A stretch of DNA of 64,000 bases from Acidimicrobiales bacterium (GTDB taxonomy: Bacteria; Actinomycetota; Acidimicrobiia; Acidimicrobiales; GCA-2861595), in assembly GCA_036262515.1 (NCBI GenBank), contig DATAIT010000127.1, forward strand, positions 20,901-84,900, written 5' to 3'. Position 1 is the stretch's first letter. Each line of letters opens with the position of its first letter. The notes below the pieces were generated by a model. That model was given only the letters and a program-made list of their open reading frames with translations, had not been told where the DNA came from and ran no database searches. Position numbers and translations under genes: made by a program. Positions 27,067-36,034 of the stretch are shown piece by piece.

Positions 27067-28308
27067 CTAACACAGCAGCGGGCCCCCGAGACGCGGGCCG
27101 TCCTTCACGACGAGCAGGTTCGCCTGCACGTACGGGATGTTCACCTGCTGCTCCCACGGCGTTGGGAAGTAGGTGCGGATGTGGCTGATCTGGAGGCGGG
27201 CCGTGAGAGTGGGAAGGCTGCTCCTGAGGCGCGCCTGCGTGAGGTACCAGAAGCTGTTCTCGTTGTAGAACGCCACGTGGCTGGGATCCTGGAACGCGCC
27301 GCGCCCGTCTGTGCTCGGAGTCTTCGTGGCGATGAGACCGCCATGCACCAGCACGCGCCCGCACTCGTTCATGAACGCAGCGCGATCGGGAAGTCGCTGC
27401 AGCAGCTCCGTCCCCTTGATGACACCCACGGAGTTGTCCGGGAACCGGAGGCGAGGGTCCGAGGGATCGATGACGACCACCTCGCCGGGATCTGCGTCCG
27501 GCGAGGGCGGCGAGGATTGCGTCCGCAGGCTGAGCACGTCGAGGCCGTGGCGCCGGCTCCATGCCGCGGCGAGATCCTCGATGTGCTCCTGGTAGTAGCG
27601 GACGGTCTGTTCCTGGATGAAGGCGTTCGTTGCCGGCTCCACCTGCGTGTTGCGGCCGTGGATCCGCTGGAGGTAGAGGCAGCGATCGATGTGGTGGAAG
27701 TCACCGGCGAGGAACAGCCGGGCCATCAGCTCCTGGTCGTCGAGAACCTCGAGCTTCTCGTCGTATCCGCCCACGGTCTCGTAGGTGGCCCGGCGGAAGG
27801 CGCGTACGTGGTTGGGCGCATACCAGATGTACGCGACGTTGTGGGGGTAGGCGGCGAGCGCATGGCACCGGAGATATGAGACCCCGTCGATCTCGTCATC
27901 GGAGTACAGCCACCCCATGGCGGCGTTGAACCGGTCGTGGTTCGGCGTCAGGTCCTCGTTGACCTGGGCGAAGTCGGAGAAGACCAGCGACACCTCGCGC
28001 TGGGCTTGGAACGCGTCGGCGATCTCGGCGAGGCAGGTCGGCGTGAGGACGTCGTCGTGGTCCAGCTCCACGAGCACGTCGCCGCTGCACAGGGAGCATG
28101 CATGACGCTTGGCGGCGCCCACCTTCCTGGGGAAGGTCCCCCTCGACACCTTGATGCGGTCGTCCGCCTCCGGCGGAGCCCACGTCGACGCGTCGGCATT
28201 CAGCACGACGACCCACTCCCAGGAGGGATTCGTCTGCTTCACGAGGCTCCGATAACAATCGTCGAGGAACCGCGTGTTGTGGCTCGGAGTGAAGACGGAC
28301 AGCAGCAC
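27067..28308 (-). CDS. Family 2 glycosyltransferase with a C-terminal degenerate methyltransferase-like domain
   Basis: GTG start giving 'LLSVFTPSHN' (GT2 N-terminus). 'VELDHDDVL' DxD motif. C-terminal 'FPDNSVGVI...ECGRVLVHGGLI' resembles the class-I MTase post-I/III region, but no GxGxG is seen. Confidence 0.85.
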   Translation of the reverse strand: MLLSVFTPSHNTRFLDDCYRSLVKQTNPSWEWVVVLNADASTWAPPEADDRIKVSRGTFPRKVGAAKRHACSLCSGDVLVELDHDDVLTPTCLAEIADAFQAQREVSLVFSDFAQVNEDLTPNHDRFNAAMGWLYSDDEIDGVSYLRCHALAAYPHNVAYIWYAPNHVRAFRRATYETVGGYDEKLEVLDDQELMARLFLAGDFHHIDRCLYLQRIHGRNTQVEPATNAFIQEQTVRYYQEHIEDLAAAWSRRHGLDVLSLRTQSSPPSPDADPGEVVVIDPSDPRLRFPDNSVGVIKGTELLQRLPDRAAFMNECGRVLVHGGLIATKTPSTDGRGAFQDPSHVAFYNENSFWYLTQARLRSSLPTLTARLQISHIRTYFPTPWEQQVNIPYVQANLLVVKDGPRLGGPLLC

Positions 28309-28316
28309 GAACGGGT

Positions 28317-28988
28317 TCAGCCGGTGGAGGTCGGCGTCGAGGCGGGGAGGCGGGAGGCCAGCGACGGATTGATCTCGAGCGCTCTGCCCACCTCCGCATT
28401 CCCTTCCGTGTTCTGTCCGATCTGGCGAAGAAGCAGCCCAAGGTTGAAATGGACGTTCGCGTCGTCGGGGTTGATGGCCAGGATCTTCCGGTACGCCTCG
28501 GCCGCCGCCGGAGGGTCAGTCGAGGTGAGGAGAACGCCGAGGTTGAACAACGCCGGTTGGTAGGCCGGGTCGATCCCGAGGGCCTTGTTGTAGGCGTCGG
28601 TGGCGCTCTTCACATCGTTCAACTGTTGGTAGACGACACCGAGGTTGTAATAGGCCAGCTTGTTCGTCGGGTCCTTGTCGATCGCGGAAAGGTAGATCTG
28701 CCGCGCCCGGTCGAGGTTTCCCTGACTCTGCGCGTCGAGGCCCTCTTGAAGCGTCTTGTCCGCTGCGGACAGCGTCGTCGAGGTCGTGCCGGGCTTGGCC
28801 GAGTCCTTGTCGTCGTCACTGCTCCCGCAGGCGGCGCACAACGCCATAGCGGCGATCGCGAGGACCAGCAGCCCCGGGCGCGTGGCGCGACGGAGACGGT
28901 GCACGGAGGGTGCACGACCAGAGCGCGGGTCGGCTGTCGTCCCGAGACTGAGCGCTCGCATCTCCGGGGACGTGCTGCGTCTGTGCAT
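28317..28988 (-). CDS. TPR-repeat protein, probable lipoprotein
   Basis: RBS 'ggaggtgggaagg' lies before the ATG at 28988. 'LAIAAMALCAACGSS' is signal/lipobox-like. At least 4 TPR units (e.g. 'AYYNLGVVYQQLNDVKSATDAYNKALGIDP'). Stop is 8 nt before the GT2 start. Confidence 0.8.
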   Translation of the reverse strand: MHRRSTSPEMRALSLGTTADPRSGRAPSVHRLRRATRPGLLVLAIAAMALCAACGSSDDDKDSAKPGTTSTTLSAADKTLQEGLDAQSQGNLDRARQIYLSAIDKDPTNKLAYYNLGVVYQQLNDVKSATDAYNKALGIDPAYQPALFNLGVLLTSTDPPAAAEAYRKILAINPDDANVHFNLGLLLRQIGQNTEGNAEVGRALEINPSLASRLPASTPTSTG

Positions 28989-29123
28989 TCCCTTCCCACC
29001 TCCGTCGCTCCCGCTGATCGCGTCGTGAGGCTAGTGCCGTACGGCGGCGCGGATTCACGTGCAGGTGCCGCTTCCGGAAGACATCTCCCTCGTCGACGCT
29101 CCGAGGATTAGCGTTCGCCGCGC

Positions 29124-29867
29124 ATGGCCGGCACGCCGCTCGTGGTGATCGACAGGGTGAGCAAGTCGTTCGGCGACGTGCGGGCCCTCCGGGAGGTCAG
29201 CCTCACCGTGGAAATCGGCGAGGTCGTGGTGGTGATCGGTCCGTCCGGCTCGGGCAAGTCGACGCTGTGCCGGTGCATCAACCGGCTGGAGCCGATCGAC
29301 CAGGGGACGATCACGATCGACGGTGTGCCGCTGCCCGAGGAAGGCCGGGCTCTGGCCCGCCTCCGGGCCGACGTGGGCATGGTGTTCCAGTCGTTCAACC
29401 TGTTCGCCCACAAGTCGGTCCTCCAGAACGTGACGCTCGGTCCCGTGAAGGTTCGGGGGCTGTCGAAGGCGGACGCCCGCAGGAAGGGAATGGAGCTGCT
29501 GGAGCGCGTCGGCATCGCCGAGAAGGCCGACCGCTTCCCTGCAGAGCTCTCGGGCGGCCAACAGCAGCGTGCCGCCATCGCCAGGGCGCTCGCCATGGAG
29601 CCAAAGCTCATGCTGTTCGACGAACCGACCTCGGCCCTCGACCCCGAGATGATCAAGGAGGTATTGGACGTCATGGTCGAGCTGGCGGGGGAGGGCACCA
29701 CCATGGTCGTCGTGACCCACGAGATGGGCTTCGCCCACTCGGCCGCCCGCCGGGTGGTCTTCATGGACCAGGGCCGGATCGTGGAGATCGCCCCGCCCGA
29801 CCGGTTCTTCTCGGCGCCCGAATCCGAGCGGGCCCAGGACTTCCTGTCCAAGATTCTCGACCACTGA
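29124..29867 (+). CDS. Polar amino-acid ABC transporter ATP-binding protein (GluA/GlnQ-like)
   Basis: Walker A 'GPSGSGKST', signature 'LSGGQQQRAAIARAL', Walker B 'LMLFDEPTSALD'. Confidence 0.9.
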   Translation: MAGTPLVVIDRVSKSFGDVRALREVSLTVEIGEVVVVIGPSGSGKSTLCRCINRLEPIDQGTITIDGVPLPEEGRALARLRADVGMVFQSFNLFAHKSVLQNVTLGPVKVRGLSKADARRKGMELLERVGIAEKADRFPAELSGGQQQRAAIARALAMEPKLMLFDEPTSALDPEMIKEVLDVMVELAGEGTTMVVVTHEMGFAHSAARRVVFMDQGRIVEIAPPDRFFSAPESERAQDFLSKILDH

Positions 29868-29898
29868 GCGGATAGACAATGCGCACCGAGCCAAGGAG

Positions 29899-30909
29899 AT
29901 GCAGATGACGCGAAGAAGATTGCTGGTCCCGCTGCTGTTGGCGCTCGCTCTCGTCGCGACGGCGTGCGGGGACGACGAGGAGGATGGCACCACCACCACG
30001 ACGGGCGGCGACACCACGACCACCGTGGCGATTCCGACGTTCGCGGCCGGAACGACGATGGCGAAGCTGCAGGACAAGGGCAAGATCGTCGTCGGCACCA
30101 AATTCGACCAGCTCGGGTCCGGTCTGAAGAACCCGGTGACAGGCGATCTCGAGGGGTTCGACATCGAGATCGCCAAGCTGATTGCCATCGGCATCTTCGG
30201 CGGCACCCTCGACGACATCGAGGACAAGATCGAGTTCAAGGAGACCAAGTCCAACATCCGGGAGGCGTCGATCCAGGGCGGCGACGTCGACATCATCGTG
30301 GCGACCTACACCATCAACGACACGCGTAAGCAGCAGGTCGACTTCGCCGGCCCCTACGTGATCGATGGGCAGACCGTGATGGTCAAGGCCGACAACACCT
30401 CGATCAAGGCGCTCACCGACCTGAACGGGAAGAAGGTGTGCACCGTTCGGGGTTCGACCACGCCCGACAACCTGGCCAAGAAGTCGGTCACGCCGTCCGA
30501 GCTGGTCCTGCGGGGGACCTATCCCGAGTGCGCCGACGAGGTCCGTCAGGGCCGGGTCGAGGCGGAGGTCACGGACCGGGGCATCCTACTCGGCCTGGTG
30601 CAAGCCGGGAACGGCGCCTTCAAGCTCCTCGACATCGACATCAGCGAGGAGCCGCTCGGCATCGGCCTCAAGAAGGGCGACGACGCCTTCCGCGAGTTCC
30701 TCAACAAGCGGCTGGAGGAGATCGACGCCAGCGGCGAGTGGGCGGCGGCGTACGAGCGGACCCTCGGCAAGCTGGGCCTCACCACGCCCGAGCCGCCCGC
30801 CGTCGACCGGTATGCCGGCACCGGGACGGCGACGACGCTGGCCACCACCACGTCGACGGCGGCCACCACCACCACCACGACGGCACCGGCCACCAGCAGC
30901 TCCACCTGA
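29899..30909 (+). CDS. Amino-acid ABC transporter substrate-binding lipoprotein (GluB-like) with Thr-rich N- and C-terminal tracts
   Basis: Lipobox 'LVATACGDD'. SBP_bac_3-like core ('IVATYTINDTRKQQVDFAGPY'). C-terminal 'TTLATTTSTAATTTTTTAPATSSST'. Confidence 0.85.
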   Translation: MQMTRRRLLVPLLLALALVATACGDDEEDGTTTTTGGDTTTTVAIPTFAAGTTMAKLQDKGKIVVGTKFDQLGSGLKNPVTGDLEGFDIEIAKLIAIGIFGGTLDDIEDKIEFKETKSNIREASIQGGDVDIIVATYTINDTRKQQVDFAGPYVIDGQTVMVKADNTSIKALTDLNGKKVCTVRGSTTPDNLAKKSVTPSELVLRGTYPECADEVRQGRVEAEVTDRGILLGLVQAGNGAFKLLDIDISEEPLGIGLKKGDDAFREFLNKRLEEIDASGEWAAAYERTLGKLGLTTPEPPAVDRYAGTGTATTLATTTSTAATTTTTTAPATSSST

Positions 30910-30924
30910 GTCGGGCGGGAGGCC

Positions 30925-31572
30925 GTGGACGTCGTCCTCGACAACCTCGACCTCTTCTTACGGGGTATGCGCACCACGGTGACGCTCACCGTGCTGTCCT
31001 TCTCGGCGGCACTCGTGATCGGCACCGTGGTGGCTGCATTCCGGATCAGCCCAGTCCCGCCGTTGCGGGCGGTCGGAACCTTCTACGTGGGCACCGTCCG
31101 CAACACGCCGCTCGCCGTCCTCATGATCCTGTTCTTCTCGGGGCTTCCCGATGCCGGGGTCATCGTCGACTCCCGGTACGTCTCGGCGGTCATCGTGCTG
31201 TCGGCCTACACCGGAGCCTTCGTCGCCGAGGCGGTGCGGGCCGGGGTGAACTCCGTGGCCGCCGGCCAGGGTGAGGCGGCCCGCTCCCTCGGGCTGACGT
31301 TTCCCCAGGTGCTCTTCCTCGTCGTCCTGCCCCAGGCCATCCGCACCGTCGTGGCACCCCTCGGCAGCATCTTCATCGCACTCATCAAGAACTCGGCCCT
31401 GGCCGCGTTGATATCGGTGGCGGAACTGGCCGGCAACGCCGAGGAGCTCATCCGGTCCACCGCCCAGCCCATCCCGATCTTCGTCGGCACGGCGGTCGCC
31501 TATCTGGCGCTGTCGCTCCCGGCCGGGCTGGCCGTCGCCCGCCTCGAGCGCCGCTACGCGATCAAGCGATGA
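30925..31572 (+). CDS. Amino-acid ABC transporter permease (GluC-like)
   Basis: Polytopic, with an EAA-like loop 'AEAVRAGVNSVAAGQGEAARSLGL'. Confidence 0.85.
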   Translation: MDVVLDNLDLFLRGMRTTVTLTVLSFSAALVIGTVVAAFRISPVPPLRAVGTFYVGTVRNTPLAVLMILFFSGLPDAGVIVDSRYVSAVIVLSAYTGAFVAEAVRAGVNSVAAGQGEAARSLGLTFPQVLFLVVLPQAIRTVVAPLGSIFIALIKNSALAALISVAELAGNAEELIRSTAQPIPIFVGTAVAYLALSLPAGLAVARLERRYAIKR

Positions 31573-32447
31573 CGGCACCGGTGCTCGCAGATGCCATGGG
31601 GCCCCGGGCCCGGCGGCGGGCCGTGGTCGCCTCTGTGGTCGCCGGCGCCGCCATCGCCTACCTCGTGGTGCTCGCCGTGCGCCGCCTCGACGCCAACAAC
31701 CAGCTCCTGTGGGACAACTGGCGCCCGTTCACCAAGCGCAGCATCCTCAAGTTCTTCCTGGGCGGCCTCGGGAACACGGTGCGGGCGGCGGTCACGGCCA
31801 TGGGGTTCGCCGTCGTCGTCGGTGGTCTTGTGGCCCTGCTCCGCCTCTCCCGGAGCCGTCCACCCAGGTGGGTCGCCCGGGGCTACGTGGAGTTCTTCCG
31901 GGGGTTGCCGCTGTACGTGCTGATCCTGTTCTGCGGCTTCGGACTACCCCGTCTTGGAATCCGCTTCTCGCCCTTCTGGTTCCTCGTGACCGCGCTGTCG
32001 ATCTACAACAGCGCCATCCTGGCCGAGATCTTCCGCGCCGGGATCCTGTCCCTCGATCGCGGCCAGGGCGAAGCCGCCTCCGCCATCGGGCTGGGCTACT
32101 GGCAGTCGATGGCCTTCGTCATCGTCCCCCAGGCCGTGCGGCGCATGGTCCCCGCCATCATCAGCCAGCTCGTCACCCTGCTGAAGGACACGTCGCTCGG
32201 CGGGCTGATCTTCTACGAGGAACTGCTCAGCAGGGGTCGCATAAACGCCGAGTTCACCCAGCGGACGCTCCCGTCCCTGACCGTGGTGGCGACCATGTAC
32301 ATCGCCGTGAACTTCACCCTCAGCGCCGTGGCCGTCCGGCTGGAGGCACGCCAGCGGCGCCGGTACGGAGCCGGCAAGATCGAGGTGGCGGGCGCCGAGG
32401 ACGTCGCCCTCGTCGCTGCCAAAGGCGACGCCCGGCTCGATGCCTAG
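31569..32447 (+). CDS. Amino-acid ABC transporter permease (GluD-like)
   Basis: 4-nt overlap with the upstream gene. EAA-like loop 'AEIFRAGILSLDRGQGEAASAIGL'. Confidence 0.85.
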   Translation: MTAPVLADAMGPRARRRAVVASVVAGAAIAYLVVLAVRRLDANNQLLWDNWRPFTKRSILKFFLGGLGNTVRAAVTAMGFAVVVGGLVALLRLSRSRPPRWVARGYVEFFRGLPLYVLILFCGFGLPRLGIRFSPFWFLVTALSIYNSAILAEIFRAGILSLDRGQGEAASAIGLGYWQSMAFVIVPQAVRRMVPAIISQLVTLLKDTSLGGLIFYEELLSRGRINAEFTQRTLPSLTVVATMYIAVNFTLSAVAVRLEARQRRRYGAGKIEVAGAEDVALVAAKGDARLDA

Positions 32448-32490
32448 TCACGGCGGTCGTGCCGGCATCCCGCTCACGTAGCCTCCCGCC

Positions 32491-33033
32491 ATGCGCGTTG
32501 TGGCCGGATCAGCCAAGGGGCGGCGGCTCCAGGCGCCCGAGGGGCGGTCGGTGCGGCCGACCGGCGACCGTGTGCGAGAGGCCGTGTTCGACATCCTGTC
32601 GTCGCTCGACGTCGTGCAGGGCCGGTCGGTGGCCGACCTGTTCGCCGGCACGGGCGCCATGGGCATCGAAGCGCTGTCGCGGGGCGCAGCGGCGGCCACC
32701 TTCGTGGACGACGAGCCGTCGGTGCTCGACATCGTCCGCACGAACCTCGTCCTCACGGGCCTCTATTCACGGGCGACGGTCGTGCAATCCGACGTCCTCG
32801 ACTGGGTCGCCATCGCCCCGCGGGTCGACGTGGCCCTCGTCGACCCGCCCTACGAGTTCGACGACTGGGCCGCTCTGCTGGCACACCTCTCGGCCGGCAC
32901 GGCCGTGCTCGAGAGTGACCGGGAGCTGGAGGTCGGGCCGGGGTGGTCGGCCCTCAAGGTGAAGCGCTACGGCAGTACCGTGGTCACGGTGGTCCAGCCG
33001 GCCGACCCCTCCGACGAGAAAGGCAGCGAGTGA
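32491..33033 (+). CDS. rsmD: 16S rRNA (guanine966-N2)-methyltransferase RsmD
   Basis: 'RPTGDRVREAVF', 'DLFAGTGAMGIEALSRGA' and 'DPPY' motifs. Confidence 0.9.
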   Translation: MRVVAGSAKGRRLQAPEGRSVRPTGDRVREAVFDILSSLDVVQGRSVADLFAGTGAMGIEALSRGAAAATFVDDEPSVLDIVRTNLVLTGLYSRATVVQSDVLDWVAIAPRVDVALVDPPYEFDDWAALLAHLSAGTAVLESDRELEVGPGWSALKVKRYGSTVVTVVQPADPSDEKGSE

Positions 33034-33512
33034 GGACAGCCCTCTTCCCGGGCTCCTTCGACCCTCTTCACAACGGGCACCTGGAGACGATCGAGACGGC
33101 GGCCAAGCTGTTCGACTCGGTGATCGTCGCCGCCCTGCGGAACCCCCAGAAGGGCGAGCCGCTGTTCAGCCTGGAGGACCGCCGGGAGTTGATCGCCGAA
33201 TCGGTGGTCCACCTGCCCAACGTGCGGGTGGAGTTCTTCGGCTCCCTGGTGGTCGACCTCGCCCGCCAGGTCGGCGCCGACGTCATCATCAAGGGCCTGC
33301 GGGTGGCGTCGGACTTCGAGCACGAGTTGCAGATGGCCCAGATGAACGAGGCCATCTCCGGGCTCAACACCGTCTTCCTCCCGTGCGCCACGAGCTCGTC
33401 GTTCATCTCCTCGTCACTCCTGCGGGAGATCACCCGCCTGGGCGGGGCCGACCGGGTGAGCGAGATGGTGCCCGAGCCGGTCGCCAAGCGGTTGCAGGAG
33501 CGCTGGCTGTGA
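33030..33512 (+). CDS. coaD: Pantetheine-phosphate adenylyltransferase
   Basis: The GTG at 33030 overlaps the rsmD TGA. 'FPGSFDPLHNGHL' nucleotidyltransferase motif. Confidence 0.9.
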   Translation: MRTALFPGSFDPLHNGHLETIETAAKLFDSVIVAALRNPQKGEPLFSLEDRRELIAESVVHLPNVRVEFFGSLVVDLARQVGADVIIKGLRVASDFEHELQMAQMNEAISGLNTVFLPCATSSSFISSSLLREITRLGGADRVSEMVPEPVAKRLQERWL

Positions 33513-34081
33513 TGGACAGCGCGGGCGACCAGGTCAACACCGAGACGCTGATCCGTCGCGTCATCGAGATCGTCAACAACGCCAAGCCCATGCCGCTGTC
33601 CACCACGGTGCGAGTGGAGAAGGACGAGGTGCGCGAGCTCCTGGAGGACGCCTTGGAGCGCTTCCCCGACGAGCTGCGGCGGGCGCGGTGGATGCTCAAG
33701 GAGCGCGACGAGTTCCTGGCCAAGGTCCAGCGCGACGCCGACGAGATCCTCGAAGCGGCACGGGTGCGGGCCGAGCGCATGGTGCAGCGCACCGACATCG
33801 TCCGCACGGCGACGCAGCTGGCCCGCAAGACGGTGGAGGAGGCCAGGGAGGACGCCCGCCGGCTGCGCCACGAGGCCGACGACTACTGCGACCAGAAGCT
33901 GGCCGCCTTCGAGATCGTGCTCGAGCGCACGACCAAGACCGTGCAGGCGGGCCGGGAGAAGTTGCGGGCCACGGCGCCCGACGACGACACCGACATCGGC
34001 TTCGGGCCCGACGCGGGCGCACTGGGGGCGTCCGAGGGCATCGACGAGGCGTTCTTCGACCAGGACGAGCCGCTGTCCTGA
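33512..34081 (+). CDS. Coiled-coil protein (DivIVA / ATP-synthase-b-like), conserved coaD-yceD neighbour
   Basis: The ATG at 33512 overlaps the coaD TGA. Long charged heptad-like helix 'EILEAARVRAERMVQRTDIVRTATQLARKTVEEAREDARRL'. Product name is tentative. Confidence 0.6.
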   Translation: MDSAGDQVNTETLIRRVIEIVNNAKPMPLSTTVRVEKDEVRELLEDALERFPDELRRARWMLKERDEFLAKVQRDADEILEAARVRAERMVQRTDIVRTATQLARKTVEEAREDARRLRHEADDYCDQKLAAFEIVLERTTKTVQAGREKLRATAPDDDTDIGFGPDAGALGASEGIDEAFFDQDEPLS

Positions 34082-34178
34082 CGTCGCCGCGCTGCGGTCG
34101 GCGGGCCAGGGCGGGAAGGCGCCGTTCGGCCCACCGGCGCCGTCGGCCGCACCGCGCGGCGCCTCCTAGAATCGCCCC

Positions 34179-34685
34179 GTGGCTGCCAGTCCCTTCGTCG
34201 TCAGCGTCGGCCAGCTGCTGCGCGCCCCGGGTGATCGGCGCAAGGCGGTCCGCAGCGGCGTGCTCCCCGGCCTGGCCGTCACCGGCAGCGCCGTGCCGGA
34301 CGGCGCCGAGGTCACCGTCGAGGTGATCCTCGACGCCGTGCCGGGCGGGGTTGTGGCCACGGGCCTGGTCTCCTCACCGTGGCGCGGCCCGTGCCGACGG
34401 TGCCTCGCCGACACCGGGGGAACGATCAGCGCCGAGGTCCGTGAGGTGTTCGAGGAGGAGCCCGACCCGGAGCAGACCTACCCGATCAAGGGGGACCGGC
34501 TCGACCTGGAGCCCCTCGCGCGGGACACTGTGCTGCTGGAGCTGCCCCTGGCGCCGCTGTGCCGGGAGGACTGCGCCGGGATCTGCCCCCTGTGTGGGAC
34601 CGATCGCAATGTGGCACCGTGCCGGTGCGACGAGGCGCCCAAGGACCCCCGCTGGGCGGCGCTCGACGCTCTCGGCGGCAGCTGA
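34179..34685 (+). CDS. YceD family (DUF177) protein
   Basis: Position upstream of rpmF. C-terminal 'CREDCAGICPLCGTDRN...CRC' Cys cluster is typical of DUF177. Confidence 0.8.
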   Translation: MAASPFVVSVGQLLRAPGDRRKAVRSGVLPGLAVTGSAVPDGAEVTVEVILDAVPGGVVATGLVSSPWRGPCRRCLADTGGTISAEVREVFEEEPDPEQTYPIKGDRLDLEPLARDTVLLELPLAPLCREDCAGICPLCGTDRNVAPCRCDEAPKDPRWAALDALGGS

Positions 34686-34742
34686 GAACGAGCGCGACGA
34701 GCATCACGAGCACCACGAGAAGCGAGCGAGAGAGAGCCGACC

Positions 34743-34922
34743 ATGGCCGTCCCGAAGAAGAAGACCTCCAAGGCCAAGAGCCGCAGCCGCCGGGCCAGCA
34801 ACTGGACCTTGTCGACGCCGCCGCGCAGCATGTGCCCGCAGTGCCGGCGGGCCAAGCTGCCCCACGTGGTGTGCCCCAACTGCGGCTGGTACGGGGGACG
34901 CCAGGCCATCGACGTCAGCTGA
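34743..34922 (+). CDS. rpmF: 50S ribosomal protein L32
   Basis: Not in the ORF track (59 aa). My translation is 'MAVPKKKTSKAKSRSRRASNWTLSTPPRSMCPQCRRAKLPHVVCPNCGWYGGRQAIDVS'. Confidence 0.9.
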   Translation: MAVPKKKTSKAKSRSRRASNWTLSTPPRSMCPQCRRAKLPHVVCPNCGWYGGRQAIDVS

Positions 34923-34924
34923 CG

Positions 34925-35911
34925 ATGCTTCCCATCGCCATCGACGCCATGGGGGGCGACAGGGGCCCTCTCGAGATCGTGGCCGGTGCCCGCCGAGCCG
35001 CCGACGAGCTCGGTGTGCCGCTCCTGCTCGTGGGGCGTCCCGATGAGCTCGGCGACACGGGCGGGATCGAGGTGCTGCCCGCCACCGAGGTGATCGAGAT
35101 GACCGACGACGTGGCCACGGGGGTCCGTCGCAAGAAGGATGCGTCGGTCGTGCGGGCGGCGGAGGCGGTGCGGGACGGCAGGGCCAGCGCCATGGTGAGC
35201 GCCGGCAACACCGGCGCGGCGATGGGCAGCGCCCTGCTGCGCATGGGCCGCCTGCCGGGGGTGAGCCGCCCGGCCATCGCCACGCCTCTGCCCGTGCCCG
35301 GGTCCACGCCCACGGTGCTGCTCGACGCCGGCGCCAATGCCGAGTGCACGGCGGAGATGCTGGTGCAGTTCGCGCAGATGGGCGCCGCCTTCGCCGCCGG
35401 TCGCTACGGCATCGACCACCCGCGCACGGGACTGCTGTCCATCGGCGAGGAGGCCACCAAGGGCACTGGCGCAGTGAAGGAGGCTCACGCCGCGTTGCAG
35501 TCGAGCGACGTGTGGGCCGGGTCGGGGGGCGCCTTCATCGGCAACGTCGAGGGGCGCGACCTGCTCACCGACCGGGTCGACGTGGTCGTCACCGACGGCT
35601 TCACCGGGAACGTGGTCCTGAAGACGCTCGAGGGTGCCATGACGTTCATGCGCGACGCCGTGTTCGGCGTGATGATGTCCACGCCCGAGGCCATCGAGGC
35701 GTCGAAGGCCCTGATCCCGCTGCTGATGCCGCTCGTGAAGGAGATGGACCCCGACTCCTACGGTGGCGCGCTGCTGCTCGGTGTCGATGGCGTGTGCATC
35801 ATCAGCCACGGGGCCTCCAGCGCGGATGCCGTGTTCAACGCCGTGGGCGTGGCCAGGGACATGGTGGAGGGCGGCCTGGTCGACCGGTTGCGCCAGTCCG
35901 TCAAGGTCTGA
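34925..35911 (+). CDS. plsX: Phosphate acyltransferase PlsX
   Basis: ATG at 34925 within ORF 34559..35911. 'IAIDAMGGDRGP' and 'SAGNTGA' motifs. Confidence 0.9.
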   Translation: MLPIAIDAMGGDRGPLEIVAGARRAADELGVPLLLVGRPDELGDTGGIEVLPATEVIEMTDDVATGVRRKKDASVVRAAEAVRDGRASAMVSAGNTGAAMGSALLRMGRLPGVSRPAIATPLPVPGSTPTVLLDAGANAECTAEMLVQFAQMGAAFAAGRYGIDHPRTGLLSIGEEATKGTGAVKEAHAALQSSDVWAGSGGAFIGNVEGRDLLTDRVDVVVTDGFTGNVVLKTLEGAMTFMRDAVFGVMMSTPEAIEASKALIPLLMPLVKEMDPDSYGGALLLGVDGVCIISHGASSADAVFNAVGVARDMVEGGLVDRLRQSVKV

Positions 35912-36034
35912 ACCGCACCGCCGAGCACGGCTTGTTCACAAGCGAGCAAGTGCCGACACGCACTACCATCCGGGCGTCGTCACCCTGTTCAGGAGCCGTG
36001 CATGCCTGCTGAAACCCACGTCGAACACGGACCC

